From contig OZ244587.1 in NCBI GenBank assembly GCA_965218095.1, positions 5,536,001 through 5,600,000 of the forward strand: DNA of 64,000 bases. Direction: 5' to 3'. Positions 61,893 through 64,000 of the stretch are shown piece by piece. Source of the stretch: Candidatus Poribacteria bacterium (lineage in GTDB: Bacteria; Poribacteria; WGA-4E; PCPOR2b). The notes below the pieces were generated by a model. It saw only the letters and a list, made by a program, of their open reading frames with translations, did no database searches and was not told where the DNA came from. Both the position numbers and the translations under genes were made by a program. Each line of letters starts with the position of its first letter. Within the stretch, counting starts at the first letter, position 1.

Positions 61893-64000
61893 CTACTTCA
61901 GTATCAGCATCTTCCGCGTTGCCGTGAACTCGCCTGCTCTCAGCGTGTAAAAATAGATACCGCTCGCAACAGATTCTCCGACTGCATTTCTGCCATCCCA
62001 ATATGCCGCGCGACTCTGGCTCTGATACATGCCTACATCTTGATGTCCTAGGGCTAAGGTGCGTACCACTGTTCCATCCAACGCATAGAGCATCAGCGTA
62101 ACATCGGCAGGCTCTGCCAACCGATACGGTATCCACGTCTCCGGATTGAAGGGGTTCGGGTAATTTGGTAATAGCAACGTTTCGTTCGGAGTTAACGCTG
62201 CCAAGAGTTGTTCTAAGAAGCGAATGCCTCGTTGGAATGTTGCATCTGTAAGGTCCAATTGCTGCGCTTGTGTGAGCCACTGTCGTACTTCTGTTGCGGT
62301 GAGCGATTCAAGGACTTGTGGATGCGCTGAAGGTGCGGCTGCTGCATCCCCAAACATGCCTGCGACCAGGACCAAATCCAGAATATTCACAATCCCATCT
62401 CCACTAACATCTGCTGCCAAATTTTTTCCTTCATTTCCAAGCTCGGACGCGACCAGGACCAAATCCAAGATATTCACGGTTCCATCGCTGTTGACATCCG
62501 CCGTTCGCACTGCGCTGTCGTCAAACTGTATCTCCACCCCTCTGCTTTGAATGATGGGAATGTGGGCGTGGATGGATCCATAGCTAAGGGGGTTTTCACT
62601 TACATCCACCTGGTCCCCACGCCCCAGTCTAGTATTTGCGACTAAGGGTGAGAGGTCCGATATGTTATTATCTTCAAGCCGCAGTACTGTCAGGTTGGTT
62701 AATCCTGCTATCGCTGATATGTCCGTTATATTATTACCTCCAAGCCACAGTCTTGTCAGGTTGATTAATCCTGCTATCGCTGATATGTCCGTTATGTTAT
62801 TGCCTATAAGCCCCAAGAATGTCAAGTTAGTTAATCCCGCCACGGGCGATATGTCCGTTATGTTATTGTCTGTAAGCCCCAGTCCTGTCAGGTTAGTTAA
62901 TCCTGCTATCGCTGATATGTCCGTTATGGAGTTCTCCCAAAGCCCCAGTCCTGTCAGATTAGTTAATCCTGCTATCGCTGATATGTCCGTTATGTTATTG
63001 CCTTCAAGCCGCAGTACTGTCAGGTTAGTTAATCCTGCTAGGGCAGAGATATCCGATATAGAATTGTCCCTAAGATACAGGCTTGTCAGGTTGGTTAATC
63101 CTGCCAAAGGCGAGAGATCAGATACTGAGTTGCTGTTAATGGAACGTCCCTCCGTCTCCACATACTCAGTGCCAAGATGCAGTGTTGTCAGATTGGTTGC
63201 ACTTTCAAGCCCGGTCAAATCGCTAATGTTAGCGTTACGGGCGGAAAGTCGGGTCAAAGTCAGCATATCCGCTACAGTGATGGTGTCACCTGACGTTTTG
63301 CCGCGAGCGTTCTCAATGACAGCGCGGAGGTTGGGGTCGGGTATATCCACCGTTTGGGCAATGTCCTCCGATTGCACGACGATGCTGTCAAATTCTACCC
63401 TAACCCCTCTGCTTTGAAGAGCAGGAATGTGGGTGTCGATGGATAGGGAGTTCAGGAAATTGCCCCTCGCATTAACCCTGTCTCCTCTCCCCAGTCCTGT
63501 ATTTGCAACTAAGGGTGAGAGGTCCGATATAGAATTATTGTCAAGCCCCAGTCTAGTCAAGTTGGTTAATCCTGCCAGGGGTGAGATGTCTGTTATGTTA
63601 TTGCCTTCAAGCCACAGCACTGTCAGGTTGGTTAATCCTGCCAAAGGCGAGAGATCAGATATTGAGTTGCTGTTAATGTAAAGTTCCTCCGTCTCCACAT
63701 ACTCAGTGCCAAGATGCAGTGTTGTCAGGTTGATTGCACTTTCAAGCCCGGTCAAATCGCTAATGTTAGCGTTACGGGCGGAAAGTCGGGTCAAAGTCAG
63801 CATATCCGCCACAGTGATGGTGGCACCTGACGTTTTGCCGCGCAGGTTCTCAATTACGGCGCGTAGGTTGGGGTCAGGTATATCCACCGTCTGCGCTATG
63901 TCCTCTGGTCGCACGACGATGTCGTCAAACTGGATAGCAACTCCTCTGCTTTGGAGGGCGGGAATGTGGGTGTTGATGGATACGGCGTTGAGGAAGTTTC
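61893..64000 (-). CDS. Internalin-like LRR protein with dockerin-like and FlgD-type C-terminal domains; 5' end lies outside the window
   Basis: IPDPNLR caps, 22-aa LTNLTxLxLxxNxIxD repeats, DVNSDGTVNILDLV, NYPNPFNPETWIPY. Confidence 0.93.
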   Translation of the reverse strand, partial: NFLNAVSINTHIPALQSRGVAIQFDDIVVRPEDIAQTVDIPDPNLRAVIENLRGKTSGATITVADMLTLTRLSARNANISDLTGLESAINLTTLHLGTEYVETEELYINSNSISDLSPLAGLTNLTVLWLEGNNITDISPLAGLTNLTRLGLDNNSISDLSPLVANTGLGRGDRVNARGNFLNSLSIDTHIPALQSRGVRVEFDSIVVQSEDIAQTVDIPDPNLRAVIENARGKTSGDTITVADMLTLTRLSARNANISDLTGLESATNLTTLHLGTEYVETEGRSINSNSVSDLSPLAGLTNLTSLYLRDNSISDISALAGLTNLTVLRLEGNNITDISAIAGLTNLTGLGLWENSITDISAIAGLTNLTGLGLTDNNITDISPVAGLTNLTFLGLIGNNITDISAIAGLINLTRLWLGGNNITDISAIAGLTNLTVLRLEDNNISDLSPLVANTRLGRGDQVDVSENPLSYGSIHAHIPIIQSRGVEIQFDDSAVRTADVNSDGTVNILDLVLVASELGNEGKNLAADVSGDGIVNILDLVLVAGMFGDAAAAPSAHPQVLESLTATEVRQWLTQAQQLDLTDATFQRGIRFLEQLLAALTPNETLLLPNYPNPFNPETWIPYRLAEPADVTLMLYALDGTVVRTLALGHQDVGMYQSQSRAAYWDGRNAVGESVASGIYFYTLRAGEFTATRKMLILK

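Noticed and set aside
62600-63100. CRISPR-like periodic repeats
   Set aside because: The period is 66 nt of coding LRR with no unique spacers, and no cas genes are in the window
233-63681. Many short overlapping or antisense ORFs in the track
   Set aside because: Shadow frames of well-supported genes, with no RBS or motifs
63000-63900. Diversity-generating retroelement template/variable repeat pair
   Set aside because: No reverse transcriptase in the window; both copies are coding modules of one gene

Overview
Bacterial DNA that most resembles the sponge symbiont phylum Candidatus Poribacteria. This is an inference from the internalin-like LRR protein with a dockerin-like plus 'NYPNPFNPETWIPY' C-terminus, the lamin-tail protein, the TPR/HEAT proteins and the many sulfatases, enolase-superfamily and Gfo/Idh/MocA enzymes. 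The backbone is carbohydrate and sulfate-ester catabolism, an ABC-2 exporter, a few housekeeping genes (rimI, dprA, ppx, scpB) and secreted proteins, including a PorV homologue next to a CTD-bearing cargo. It is heavily overlaid by mobile DNA: three IS5 copies, three IS3 elements or remnants, two IS982-like elements with nesting, MITEs and several REP families, plus many pseudogenes. Notable unannotated structure: (1) scattered integron attC sites with no integrase in the window, three complete and about three partial, bordering AT-rich defence cassettes; (2) a short palindromic module, CCGATTCATCGG, sitting at the same position in two attC arms, and a REP inserted in frame in a protein; (3) repeated loss of the toxic partner of TA and RM systems; (4) a probable CE7 enzyme/pseudo-enzyme pair; (5) a 30-aa valine-run ORF upstream of the cargo-porV operon. 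No rRNA, tRNA or CRISPR array was seen. All family assignments come from motif recognition, not database searches.
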